Source: Eubacteriales bacterium
GTDB lineage: Bacteria > Bacillota > Clostridia > Oscillospirales > CAG-272
DNA: 64,000 nucleotides
Direction: 5' to 3'
Assembly: GCA_045542275.1 (NCBI GenBank)
Contig: JAZQKP010000014.1
Coordinates: 524 to 64,523 of the forward strand
A program made the translations under genes and the position numbers. Positions 18,010-27,148 of this stretch are shown here, in pieces (position 1 is the stretch's first letter; every line of letters starts with the position of its first letter). The notes beneath the pieces were generated by a model. The model saw only the letters and a list, made by a program, of their open reading frames with translations. It made no database searches and was not told where the DNA came from.

Positions 18010-18035
18010 AGTACACCTCCGTTTTCATCATTTCT

Positions 18036-18064
18036 ATTGTATCATATCTTAAGGGTATTTGCAA
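18036..18064 (-). promoter_or_regulatory. sigma-A promoter of the RR/HK operon at 15021-18009
   Basis: On the minus strand: TTGCAA, 17-nt spacer, TGaTACAAT. Confidence 0.5.
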
Positions 18065-18077
18065 AAGGTTTATATTT

Positions 18078-18093
18078 TGTTAATGAATTGTAA
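18078..18093 (-). promoter_or_regulatory. TTACA-type direct-repeat site upstream of the promoter
   Basis: On the minus strand: TTACAATTCATTAACA, related to the sites at 22596-22611 and 24669-24684. Confidence 0.4.
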
Positions 18094-18100
18094 ATTCCAC

Positions 18101-18137
18101 AAAAAAAGGTACAGGCCACACGAATGTGACCTGTGCC
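18101..18137 (-). terminator. intrinsic terminator after the LRR lipoprotein gene
   Basis: On the minus strand: GGCACAGGTCACA-ttcg-TGTGGCCTGTACC followed by TTTTTTT. Confidence 0.7.
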
Positions 18138-18177
18138 TCGGAGGTTTTACCACTTGTTAGGTAAAAATCTTTAGTTA

Positions 18178-21100
18178 TTAACTGCGTGTCCAGATATTAT
18201 GCTTATAGGTGTCTGATAGGTTAGTTGCATTTACGGCTGCATCCGACACATCTACATCTATCTTTTCCAGGCTGTTTGTAAGCTTAGCGCATTGCCAGCC
18301 ATCTGTATTTTCAAAGGTAACTGTTTTAAGCGATGGGCAGCCGTAAAAGGCAGATGAGCCTATATAGTTTACATTTTCGGGTATTATTATATTCTTAAGA
18401 GATGTACATCCGTAAAATGATGCTGCTCCCAATGATGTTAAGCTGTCGGGGAAAACAATTTCGGTTAATGAGCTGCAGTTTTGAAATGCATTATGTCCTA
18501 TTGATTCTATACCGTCATGAAGGACAATACCTTCAAGAGCTGTACATCCGCTAAACATTTCGTTGCCTATTGACGTAATGCTTTCGGGAATTACAATATC
18601 AACTAAGGATGTGCATTCCGAAAAGGCTCCGTCCCCTATTATTGTTGCACCGTCTTCTACAACAACGCTTTCAAGTAAATTGCAGTTATAGAAGCCGTAT
18701 CTTCCTATTTCAACACCACCGGGAATTGTTACCTTTGTTATATCGGTGCTGTAAAATGTATAACTGAAAACAACATAATTATTTCCCTTGTAATTTTTCG
18801 GCAAAACGATTTCCGTATCATTGCCTATATATCCGACAAGATAATATTCATCGTTCAAGGTCATAAATATAAAATCATCAACGTTATCAAAAATACTGGG
18901 GCTTTCTATTGATGTATGAATTACCTCGGCATCCATAAAATGTGGCTTAACGTCAAGAGAGGATAAATTATATACCTCCAAAAGCTTGTAGCAGCCTATA
19001 AAGACATCACGTCCCAAGGATTTTACGCTTGATGGGAGAGTAATACTCATAAGAGATGTACATTCACCAAATGCCTGACTGTCTATAAGGGTAATTCCCT
19101 CCGATAATGTAAGCTTATAAAGTGATGAGCAGCCGTGGAATGCCCATGTGCCTATAGATGTAACGCTTGATGGGATTGTAACTGTTCTTATTGATGAGCA
19201 ATTGTAAAATGCCAAGCCACTTACCGAGGTAATGCCCTCCGGTATTACAAGGTCTGTAAGAAGCTCCCCATTTAAATAAAGTGTTATTTCATTCTCATAA
19301 TACAACGGTGTGCCGTCCATAGCTATAAACTGAATTTTACACCATGATGTTAAATCTGCTAGGTTAACGTTTCTGATTCCTGTGCAGTTTTCAAATGCTC
19401 CTCTTTCAATTGAAGCAACGCCACTGCCAACTGTAATATCGGTCATATTGTAGCAATCGCGAAATACGCCTGTTCCGATTGATTTAACCCCGTTTCCTAT
19501 AACAACTTTTTTAAGTGCTGTACAGCCGGAAAATGTATAGTTGTCAAGTAATGTAACCTTATCGGGAATAATAATGCTTTCAAGAGATACACAATCGAAA
19601 AATACTGATTTGTCCATAGATGTAAGGCTAATAGGTAGAGCTATATTTTTAAGGGATTTACAGCCCCAAAATGCGCCAAAGCCTATTGATGAGAGTCCGT
19701 CCGATAAGGCTACGTTATCAAGGGCTACGCAATTACGAAATGCGTACTTGCCTATTGATGTAACGCCTCCCGATACATTCACCTTGGTTACATTATCTCT
19801 ACCATACAGGAAGCAATCGTAAATTGCATAGACGTTTCCGTTATAGTTACCCGGTAATGTAAGCTCACTGTCATTACCCAGATATCCCATAAGATAATAT
19901 TTATTATCCAAGGTCATAAATACGTAGTTGTCTATATTTTCAAGTATACTTTTTTCGCTTGATGATGTGTGTATTATTTCAATGGAGCTGAAATATTTAT
20001 CAACCTCTAATTCTGTAAGATTGTAAGCCTCTACCAGCTTATCACAGTCATAAAATGCTCCGTAGCCAATGTTTTGAACACTCTTTGGCAAGGTGATGCT
20101 GATAAGGGAATCGCAATCGGAAAATGCAAGATTGCCTATTGACGTAGCTGTGCTCGGAATAATTATGCTGTTAATAGTATTACATCCATTAAATGCATAT
20201 GCTCCAATGCTTATAACTCCCTCGGGAATTACAAATTCGTTAACCGAATTATCTGCATAGCATTTTACAAGAACTGTGCCGTCCTTGGAATATACTGCTC
20301 CGTTTACAGATTTAAATGATAAGCTGTCCTTGCTTACCTCTATACTTTCAAGAGATACGCAATCCTTAAATGCACCCTCGCTTATTACGTTAACGCTGGC
20401 AGGAACAGTTACTTTTTCAAGAGAGGTACACTCTGAAAAGGCAAAATTGCCAATTGATTTAACACCGTTCTTAATAACAACGGTTTTAAGAGCTGAGCAG
20501 CCCTCAAAGGTTGATGCATCTATTATGCCTACCTCGCCGGGAACTGTTATTTCAGTAAGAGCTGTGCAGCCTGTAAATGCAGATTTGCCAAGGGTATTCA
20601 AATTTTCCGAAATGGTTACGGCTTTAAGGGCTGTACAGCCGTTAAATGCTAAATCTCCGATAGATATAACGCTATTTGGTATATCTACGCTTGTAAGCTC
20701 TATACAGCCACTAAAGGCAGATGCTCCTATTGATTTAACCCCGTCCTTAATTACCACAGCTGTCATTCTTCTGCAATCCTTAAATGCGTTAGCGCCGATT
20801 TCAGCAAGGTTAGCAGAAATTGTAACCCCATTAAGATTATAACAGCCCGTAAATGCGTCTTCTCCGATATAAACAGTGCTATCGGGAATTGTAACATAGC
20901 TTCCGATTCCGGAGCAACCGAGGAATGCAGAAGCGCCTATATGGGTTACACCGTTACCGAAATTAACTATGCCAAGCTGATAACAATACTGAAAGGCATA
21001 ATCTCCTATTTCCGTTACGCTGTCGGGGATATCTATACGAAAAAGTGACACGCATCTTGAAAATGCATATTCTCCAATTTGTGTAAGGCAGCTTGACAGT

Positions 21101-21729
21101 GTGATATCTCCAAGGTTGCTACATTTTTCAAATGCATTTTTACCCACAAACATAACGGTATTGGGAATTGTAAAGCTTTCAAGCTTGCTGCAGCCTGTAA
21201 ATGCAAAGTCGGCAATTCCTATGGTGTCTGCCTCAAGTAAAATTTCCGTAGCTTCCGAATCAAAGCCTATTGCCCATTTATCCACATAAAGTATTCCGTT
21301 TATATTTTCTATAATGGCATCACAACCGTCAAATGCATCTTGACCTACCGATTCAACCGTATAAGGAATATTGATTTCCTTAAGAGCTGTACAGCCCTTA
21401 AATGCTTGAGTGCCAATTGATTTTATCTCGTGATGGATATTTATGCTTGTAATATTGGTGCATCCGTTAAAGGCACGGTCTGCAATTGCGGTAACGGGAA
21501 GTGAATTATATGTTAAGGGAATTTCCACCTGAGATTCCTTATATGTTCCTATTCCCGTAACACGGTACGAAATGCCGTCTGTGTTTAATGCAAAGCTAAG
21601 GGACTCCTTATCCTCCTCAATGATGCCTGTGGTTGTGGTATCTGTTGCATCGTCTCCACAGGAAGAAAATACAGTAGCGGCAAGAACAATCAACACAATG
21701 CTTAAAGCCAATAAAAAGATCCTTTTCAT
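18178..21729 (-). CDS. BspA-like leucine-rich-repeat (LRR_5 type) surface lipoprotein, about 1183 aa
   Basis: Signal peptide plus lipobox (VFSSCG) and a D/T-rich linker. Dozens of approximately 23-aa repeats of the form xIPxSVxxIGxxAFxxCxxL. Start set at ATG 21729, preceded by AGGAGA. Confidence 0.88.
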   Translation of the reverse strand: MKRIFLLALSIVLIVLAATVFSSCGDDATDTTTTGIIEEDKESLSFALNTDGISYRVTGIGTYKESQVEIPLTYNSLPVTAIADRAFNGCTNITSINIHHEIKSIGTQAFKGCTALKEINIPYTVESVGQDAFDGCDAIIENINGILYVDKWAIGFDSEATEILLEADTIGIADFAFTGCSKLESFTIPNTVMFVGKNAFEKCSNLGDITLSSCLTQIGEYAFSRCVSLFRIDIPDSVTEIGDYAFQYCYQLGIVNFGNGVTHIGASAFLGCSGIGSYVTIPDSTVYIGEDAFTGCYNLNGVTISANLAEIGANAFKDCRRMTAVVIKDGVKSIGASAFSGCIELTSVDIPNSVISIGDLAFNGCTALKAVTISENLNTLGKSAFTGCTALTEITVPGEVGIIDASTFEGCSALKTVVIKNGVKSIGNFAFSECTSLEKVTVPASVNVISEGAFKDCVSLESIEVSKDSLSFKSVNGAVYSKDGTVLVKCYADNSVNEFVIPEGVISIGAYAFNGCNTINSIIIPSTATSIGNLAFSDCDSLISITLPKSVQNIGYGAFYDCDKLVEAYNLTELEVDKYFSSIEIIHTSSSEKSILENIDNYVFMTLDNKYYLMGYLGNDSELTLPGNYNGNVYAIYDCFLYGRDNVTKVNVSGGVTSIGKYAFRNCVALDNVALSDGLSSIGFGAFWGCKSLKNIALPISLTSMDKSVFFDCVSLESIIIPDKVTLLDNYTFSGCTALKKVVIGNGVKSIGTGVFRDCYNMTDITVGSGVASIERGAFENCTGIRNVNLADLTSWCKIQFIAMDGTPLYYENEITLYLNGELLTDLVIPEGITSVSGLAFYNCSSIRTVTIPSSVTSIGTWAFHGCSSLYKLTLSEGITLIDSQAFGECTSLMSITLPSSVKSLGRDVFIGCYKLLEVYNLSSLDVKPHFMDAEVIHTSIESPSIFDNVDDFIFMTLNDEYYLVGYIGNDTEIVLPKNYKGNNYVVFSYTFYSTDITKVTIPGGVEIGRYGFYNCNLLESVVVEDGATIIGDGAFSECTSLVDIVIPESITSIGNEMFSGCTALEGIVLHDGIESIGHNAFQNCSSLTEIVFPDSLTSLGAASFYGCTSLKNIIIPENVNYIGSSAFYGCPSLKTVTFENTDGWQCAKLTNSLEKIDVDVSDAAVNATNLSDTYKHNIWTRS

Positions 21730-21791
21730 TTTTATTCTCCTTATCATTTTTAGGTGATATAAAGAACTTAAAGCATCTCTTTTTATTTATC

Positions 21792-22541
21792 TTAATACAC
21801 TAATATCTTATCTTCCCTCTCGCAACGTGTAATATCATCAATATAGTAAACTCTGCCGTATTGAAAGATAAATGCACCGTCGCCAACAGGCGGTATATAA
21901 ACAAACGGATCGGATAATACATAATAGCTATGAAGCATCTCTGCATCATATATAATATCTTTCTTGCTTCTGTACTCTGTCATGCCAGTAAAAAGAAACA
22001 TTTCATTTCCAAATCCGGAAAAGCTCTTCCTACTTAGGCCCGAATGAAGCACCTCTATGCGATAAAGCATGGCATCATAGGGTCTGTCCGCAGGTATTCT
22101 TACACCGTCTTCATATCGGCTGAAGGAATAATATTCGTGCATTTCTCCTCTTATATCATACACTCGTATAATATCACAGGTGTTAAAGAGAGCTACTGTA
22201 TCTGTAATAAGATAAAGAACCTCCTCATCAGTAAGACACATCCATTCTCCCTTATTCCTTTTTGCACGTATATCTGATATGTGCTCAAAAGAATATACGG
22301 TAGCAACGGTGTTGCCCTTTTCCTCTGTGTATGATGTATAATATCCGAACTTTTCCTTTATAGTCTGCATTGAAACCGGCTTGCCGGCAATCCCCACTAT
22401 TGAGGGTGATATGTTGTCTGTATCTACATCTTCATCAGCAGAAATAAAAGCAATAACACATAAAATTGATGTCAGCAATATAAATGAAGCGACAAAAACT
22501 ATGCATCCGATCTTCAAAAAGAAGCTTTTTTTATTCTTCAT
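21792..22541 (-). CDS. N-terminally anchored hypothetical protein
   Basis: 249-aa ORF with GGAGGG RBS, one N-terminal TM, and an extracytoplasmic domain with no recognised motif. Confidence 0.6.
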   Translation of the reverse strand: MKNKKSFFLKIGCIVFVASFILLTSILCVIAFISADEDVDTDNISPSIVGIAGKPVSMQTIKEKFGYYTSYTEEKGNTVATVYSFEHISDIRAKRNKGEWMCLTDEEVLYLITDTVALFNTCDIIRVYDIRGEMHEYYSFSRYEDGVRIPADRPYDAMLYRIEVLHSGLSRKSFSGFGNEMFLFTGMTEYRSKKDIIYDAEMLHSYYVLSDPFVYIPPVGDGAFIFQYGRVYYIDDITRCEREDKILVY

Positions 22542-22571
22542 ATACCCTCCTTTATTTCATTGTAGTTTTAA

Positions 22572-22611
22572 AATTTAATAGATTTATCTTGAATTTGTAA
22601 TGAATCTGTAA
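22572..22611 (-). promoter_or_regulatory. candidate promoter with a TTACAGATTCATTACA direct-repeat site overlapping the -35
   Basis: On the minus strand: TTACAGATTCATTACAA (22596-22611), where the proximal TTACAA acts as the -35, then a 17-nt spacer and TAAATT. Confidence 0.5.
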
Positions 22612-22615
22612 GATT

Positions 22616-23974
22616 TCAGAATCTTACTATCACCGTAGTTCCCTTACCCTTTTCAGAGGAAAACTCAAGTGAAGCGCCATGTACTTTAACGATTGTATCG
22701 CACAATGCCAGTCCTAAGCCTGTGCCACCCTCTTTTCTGCTTCTTGATTTATCCGTACGGTAAAAGGGCTCGGTAATATGCTCTAATTGCTCCGTAGTCA
22801 TTCCAATACCGTTATCCTCTATATAAATCACAGCACGGTCATTTTCGGTTTTTGCGCTAAGAATAACCTTTCCGCCATCGTAGCAAGCCTTTATTGCATT
22901 TTCTGTAATATTAGTCATTAAAAGCTCTAAAAGAACCTTTTCTCCGTTTACGGTTATATCTTCACCTGTTACAGAAATATTAACCTTCTTTTTTTCAGCT
23001 AAAACAAGCATTCTCTCTTTTGTGTTCTTTAATAGCTCAAGAACGGAAACAGGCTTAGGCTCTATAGTGTTTTCTCTTATAAACGCTGTATCAAGGAGTA
23101 TTTCGCTGATGCTTTTTAATCTCATAGACTCCTTTAAAATAAAATCTGCCGCATCTGTACGCTCTTCCTCGGAAATATTTGCATTTCGTATATATTCTGC
23201 GTATCCGTGGATTGATGTAAGAGGAGTTCTCATTTCGTGGGCGAGGTCATCAAGCATTCGTTGCTTCTGCTCTGCTGTGGATTTCAAATCATTCATTTGC
23301 TCATTTATCTTTTTGGACATTATATTGAAATCCTTTGCCAGCTCGCCAAACTCGTCATTCCCACTTTCATCTGCTCTGATTGAAAAATCACCCTCGGAAA
23401 TACGTCCTGTAACCTTACGTAGCTTTTCAAGCGGTGAATAAAGCTTACGCAGTACAAAGTACAGCAAAGCAGCAAGAGCTACAGAGGTGAGCAAGGATGC
23501 GCCTAAAAAGGAAAGCGCCAATACCTTAAATTCGTCATACAGATAGCTGATATCCTTGGCATAGGTTATTGTATATCCTCCACTTAAGGTTTCCTCGCTT
23601 ATTAAAATAAAATTATTGCCGTTATTTTTCTCAATAGATATAACGTTCGTGTCGGGGATATTCATTCCGTCGGGAATGCTTGAATAAATCTCATTTTCAT
23701 TTCTTTCAAAGCGCAAATAAATTTCCTTTCCCTTATAAAAATTGCAATAGCTTATTTGAAGCCAATATACACCCTCATTAGCCCCGTTAAGTGTACCAAG
23801 ATCATCTTCAAAGCTTTCCTTGATGGCGGCGCATTCGGCAAGACAGCCGCTTTTTGCAGTATCCATGGTATTATTGAAGGTAACTAAGCTTATTGTGAAA
23901 ATACTTACGTTGAAAAATATTAAAAACAGCGCCAAAATTATCAGGTATGTTTTTTCAAAAAATTTCATTTTCAT
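22616..23974 (-). CDS. sensor histidine kinase (extracytoplasmic sensor domain, HAMP, HisKA, HATPase)
   Basis: Two TMs flank an approximately 130-aa loop. H-box AHEMRTPL; N/G boxes NITENAIKA, DNGIGM, GTGLGL. Confidence 0.88.
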   Translation of the reverse strand: MKMKFFEKTYLIILALFLIFFNVSIFTISLVTFNNTMDTAKSGCLAECAAIKESFEDDLGTLNGANEGVYWLQISYCNFYKGKEIYLRFERNENEIYSSIPDGMNIPDTNVISIEKNNGNNFILISEETLSGGYTITYAKDISYLYDEFKVLALSFLGASLLTSVALAALLYFVLRKLYSPLEKLRKVTGRISEGDFSIRADESGNDEFGELAKDFNIMSKKINEQMNDLKSTAEQKQRMLDDLAHEMRTPLTSIHGYAEYIRNANISEEERTDAADFILKESMRLKSISEILLDTAFIRENTIEPKPVSVLELLKNTKERMLVLAEKKKVNISVTGEDITVNGEKVLLELLMTNITENAIKACYDGGKVILSAKTENDRAVIYIEDNGIGMTTEQLEHITEPFYRTDKSRSRKEGGTGLGLALCDTIVKVHGASLEFSSEKGKGTTVIVRF

Positions 23975-24618
23975 AATTCAAATCTGTATCCTATCTTATA
24001 CATAGACTTTATTCTGTTTTTAAGTCCAAGCTTTTTTCTAAGCTGTTGAATGTGGATATCAACAGTACGTGTATCTCCCTCGAAATCTATATCCCACACA
24101 AGATCAAGAAGCTTTTCTCTTGTAAGAGCAATATTCCTGTTTATAATAAGAGCTTCAAGCAGGTCAAATTCCTTTGGTGTAAGCTTTACCTCATTACCGT
24201 CGTAAAACACCTTTCTGCTGTTAAATTCCACAGATATGTTATCAAAGGAAATTGATGTGGTATTCTTATTTACACGTCTTAATACTACTGCTACACGTGC
24301 AAGAAGCTCCTGCATTTCAAAGGGCTTTACAATATAATCATCTGCACCAAGCTCAAGACCCTTAAGCTTATCCTGTAAGCCCGACTTTGCTGTAACGAAA
24401 ATTACGGGAGTATCCTTAATGTATGTGATTATTTCAAAGCCTGAAAATCCGGGTAGCATTACATCAAGTATTATCAGGTCATAATTATTGTTTTTTATCA
24501 ATTGTAAGGCAGTAGTGCCATCATATGCACCTGTGCATTTATGTCCTACAAGAGTGAGGTTTTTACAAATCAGTGTATTTATGGATATTTCATCCTCTAC
24601 AATTAAAATAGCAGACAA
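23971..24618 (-). CDS. OmpR-family response regulator
   Basis: Receiver (ILIVEDE; LIILDVMLPGFSG; VKPF) plus winged helix (LTPKEFDLLEALI; IGYRF). TTG start preceded by GGGAGGA. Confidence 0.88.
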   Translation of the reverse strand: MSAILIVEDEISINTLICKNLTLVGHKCTGAYDGTTALQLIKNNNYDLIILDVMLPGFSGFEIITYIKDTPVIFVTAKSGLQDKLKGLELGADDYIVKPFEMQELLARVAVVLRRVNKNTTSISFDNISVEFNSRKVFYDGNEVKLTPKEFDLLEALIINRNIALTREKLLDLVWDIDFEGDTRTVDIHIQQLRKKLGLKNRIKSMYKIGYRFEL

Positions 24619-24644
24619 TTCTTTATCCTCCCAAGAAATTCTTT

Positions 24645-24684
24645 ATTATATTAATGTTACCACAAAAATGTAATGAATTTGTAA
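24645..24684 (-). promoter_or_regulatory. promoter of the RR/HK operon with a TTACAAATTCATTACA site overlapping the -35
   Basis: On the minus strand: TTACAAATTCATTACAT, where TTACAT acts as the -35, then a 17-nt spacer and TATAAT (24645-24650). Confidence 0.55.
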
Positions 24685-24698
24685 AGATTTTTAAATAT

Positions 24699-24730
24699 AA
24701 AAAAAAGATGCGACCGAAATCGCATCTTTT
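24699..24730 (-). terminator. intrinsic terminator after pheT
   Basis: On the minus strand: AAGATGCGA-loop-TCGCATCTT followed by TTTTTTT. Confidence 0.75.
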
Positions 24731-24739
24731 ATTTGTTAT

Positions 24740-27136
24740 TTATGCACGCAAAGCGATGCCAAGCTCTCTTTCAAGTGCCTTAAGGATCTTCTTAACTGCG
24801 TTGTCAGCCTCCTGATCGTTAAGGGTTCTGTCAGCGGCTCTTAAGGATACCTTAAAGGATACACTCTTCTTGCCCTCGCCAACCTGTGCGCCACGGTAAA
24901 TATCAAAGAGCTTAATAGACTCTACAAGGTGGGAGCCTGCCTTTGCCATTACCTTTTCAATTGTGCCAACCTCAAGCGCCTCCTCGCATACAAATGAGAA
25001 GTCTCTTGTAAGTGCGGGGAACTTGGGAAGTGCCTTATACTTGATTTCTGTTGCGTGAACATCGAACATCTTTTCAAAATCAAGCTCTGCAACATAAACC
25101 TTCTTACCAAAGGAATAATTATCTGCTACATTGGGGTGAATTTCACCGAATACACCAAGATAATTGCCCTTTACATCATAGATGTCAGCGCATCTGCCGG
25201 GGTGGAATGTAGGATTGCTTCTGTTTGCCTTATATTCAATGTGCTTGATGCTGCACTTATCAAATAACTCATCAATTACACCCTTAAGGTCATAGAAATC
25301 GTGCTTACCGTACATACCGATAACTACCTGCTTAGGCTCTCTTGGGAGATTCTTGATATCATCATCGGGAATATAGATTGTGGAAACCTCAAAGATTGCC
25401 ACATCGTCATTCTTAAGATTGTTATTCTTTGCAAGAACCTCAAGCACAGAGGGAATAGATGTTGTACGCATTACACTTGTATCTTCACCGAGAGGGTTAG
25501 TAATAACAACGCTCTTTCTTCTTACATCGTCCTTAGGCATACAAATCTTATCATAGTACTTAGGGCTGATAAATGAGAAGGTATTGATTTCGTAAAGGCC
25601 CATACCGCAAAGGGTGTCTCTTACAAGGTTATCGTACTTCTGACGGGGTGTTCTCTCTCCCTGAGTAAGCTGAGCAACAAACTTTGTGGACTCAATCTTA
25701 TTGTAGCCGTAAATTCTTGCTACCTCCTCAGCGATATCCTGCATACCCTCTACGTCCTCACGGTAGGAGGGAACGTAAACCTTGCCGTCCTTAACCTCAA
25801 AGCAAAGCTGATTAAGAATTTCAACCATATATTCCTCTGTGAGATTTGTGCCGAGGAACTTATTGATTCTTTCGCTGTTGAAATCAATTACGTGCTGCTT
25901 CTTTAGTGTGGGATATACATCTATCATACCGTCAACAACTGTACCTGCATTAAGAAGCTGAACAAGCTGACAAGCCCTCTCAATTGCGGGAACTGTTGTT
26001 TCAACGTCAATGGACTTTTCAAATCTTGATGAGGACTCTGTTCTCATACCGAGAGCACGGGAGGTTACACGTACGCTTGCACCGTTGAAGTTAGCGCTTT
26101 CAAATACTACTGTCTTTGTATCGTCGGTAATTTCGCTGTTAGCGCCACCCATTACACCTGCCAAGGCAACAGCCTTTTTCTCGTCGGAGATAACAAGCAT
26201 ACCGCTTTTAAGTGTATGGTCAATATCATCAAGGGACTTAAATTGCTCGTTTTCATTTGCCTCTCTTACAATAATGTGAGAGCCGTCAAGACACTTATAA
26301 TCAAATGCGTGCATAGGCTGACCGTATTCAAGCATTACATAGTTTGTAATATCAACAATATTATTGATAGGGCGTACGCCTGAGGCACGAAGTCTCATTC
26401 TGAGCCAGAGGGGTGAGGGCTCAATCTTGATATTCTTAACTACTCTTGCTGTGTATCTGGGGCAAAGCTCAGATGCTATATCAACCTTAATGTAGTTTTC
26501 AATCTTATCACCGTCATTTGTTGCTTTAACCACGGGTGTGGGAATGCTGAGGTCTCTGCCGAATGAGGCTGCGCTTTCTCTTGCAAGACCGATAACGCTG
26601 AGACAGTCGGGACGGTTAGGTGTGATTTCAAACTCGACAACATCGTCAGAGAGCATAAGAGCCTCCTTAATGTCCATACCGAGCTTAAGCTCACCAAGAT
26701 CGTTCATAATGAAGATACCGTCTTCAATAGCTGTAGGCATATCATGAGTTGTAAGATTAAGCTCACTGATTGAGCAAAGCATACCGTTTGATTCAACACC
26801 GCGAAGCTTACCCGCCTTGATTGTAACGCCACCGGGAAGCTTAGCGGGAGCCTTAGCCACGGGAACAATAGCGCCCTCAAACACGTTCTGTGCGCCTGTT
26901 ACAATCTGAATTTCATTCTCTTCTCCCACATCAAGCATACAAATCTGAAGGTGGTCAGAGTTCTCGTGCTTGGAAATCTTAGTAATCTTACCAACTACTA
27001 CATTGTCGATATCCTCACCAAGAACCTCAAAGCCCTCTACCTTAGAGCCTGTGTAGGTCATAGTATCGCAATAATCCTTATTGGAAATATCCTTGCAGTC
27101 GACAAAATCGCCGAGCCAATTTCTAGATAAATTCAT
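24740..27136 (-). CDS. pheT: phenylalanyl-tRNA synthetase beta subunit
   Basis: 798 aa. MNLSRNWLGDFVD start, with tRNA-binding, B3/4, B5 and FDX-ACB domain order. Confidence 0.93.
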   Translation of the reverse strand: MNLSRNWLGDFVDCKDISNKDYCDTMTYTGSKVEGFEVLGEDIDNVVVGKITKISKHENSDHLQICMLDVGEENEIQIVTGAQNVFEGAIVPVAKAPAKLPGGVTIKAGKLRGVESNGMLCSISELNLTTHDMPTAIEDGIFIMNDLGELKLGMDIKEALMLSDDVVEFEITPNRPDCLSVIGLARESAASFGRDLSIPTPVVKATNDGDKIENYIKVDIASELCPRYTARVVKNIKIEPSPLWLRMRLRASGVRPINNIVDITNYVMLEYGQPMHAFDYKCLDGSHIIVREANENEQFKSLDDIDHTLKSGMLVISDEKKAVALAGVMGGANSEITDDTKTVVFESANFNGASVRVTSRALGMRTESSSRFEKSIDVETTVPAIERACQLVQLLNAGTVVDGMIDVYPTLKKQHVIDFNSERINKFLGTNLTEEYMVEILNQLCFEVKDGKVYVPSYREDVEGMQDIAEEVARIYGYNKIESTKFVAQLTQGERTPRQKYDNLVRDTLCGMGLYEINTFSFISPKYYDKICMPKDDVRRKSVVITNPLGEDTSVMRTTSIPSVLEVLAKNNNLKNDDVAIFEVSTIYIPDDDIKNLPREPKQVVIGMYGKHDFYDLKGVIDELFDKCSIKHIEYKANRSNPTFHPGRCADIYDVKGNYLGVFGEIHPNVADNYSFGKKVYVAELDFEKMFDVHATEIKYKALPKFPALTRDFSFVCEEALEVGTIEKVMAKAGSHLVESIKLFDIYRGAQVGEGKKSVSFKVSLRAADRTLNDQEADNAVKKILKALERELGIALRA

Positions 27137-27148
27137 ACCAATACCTCC

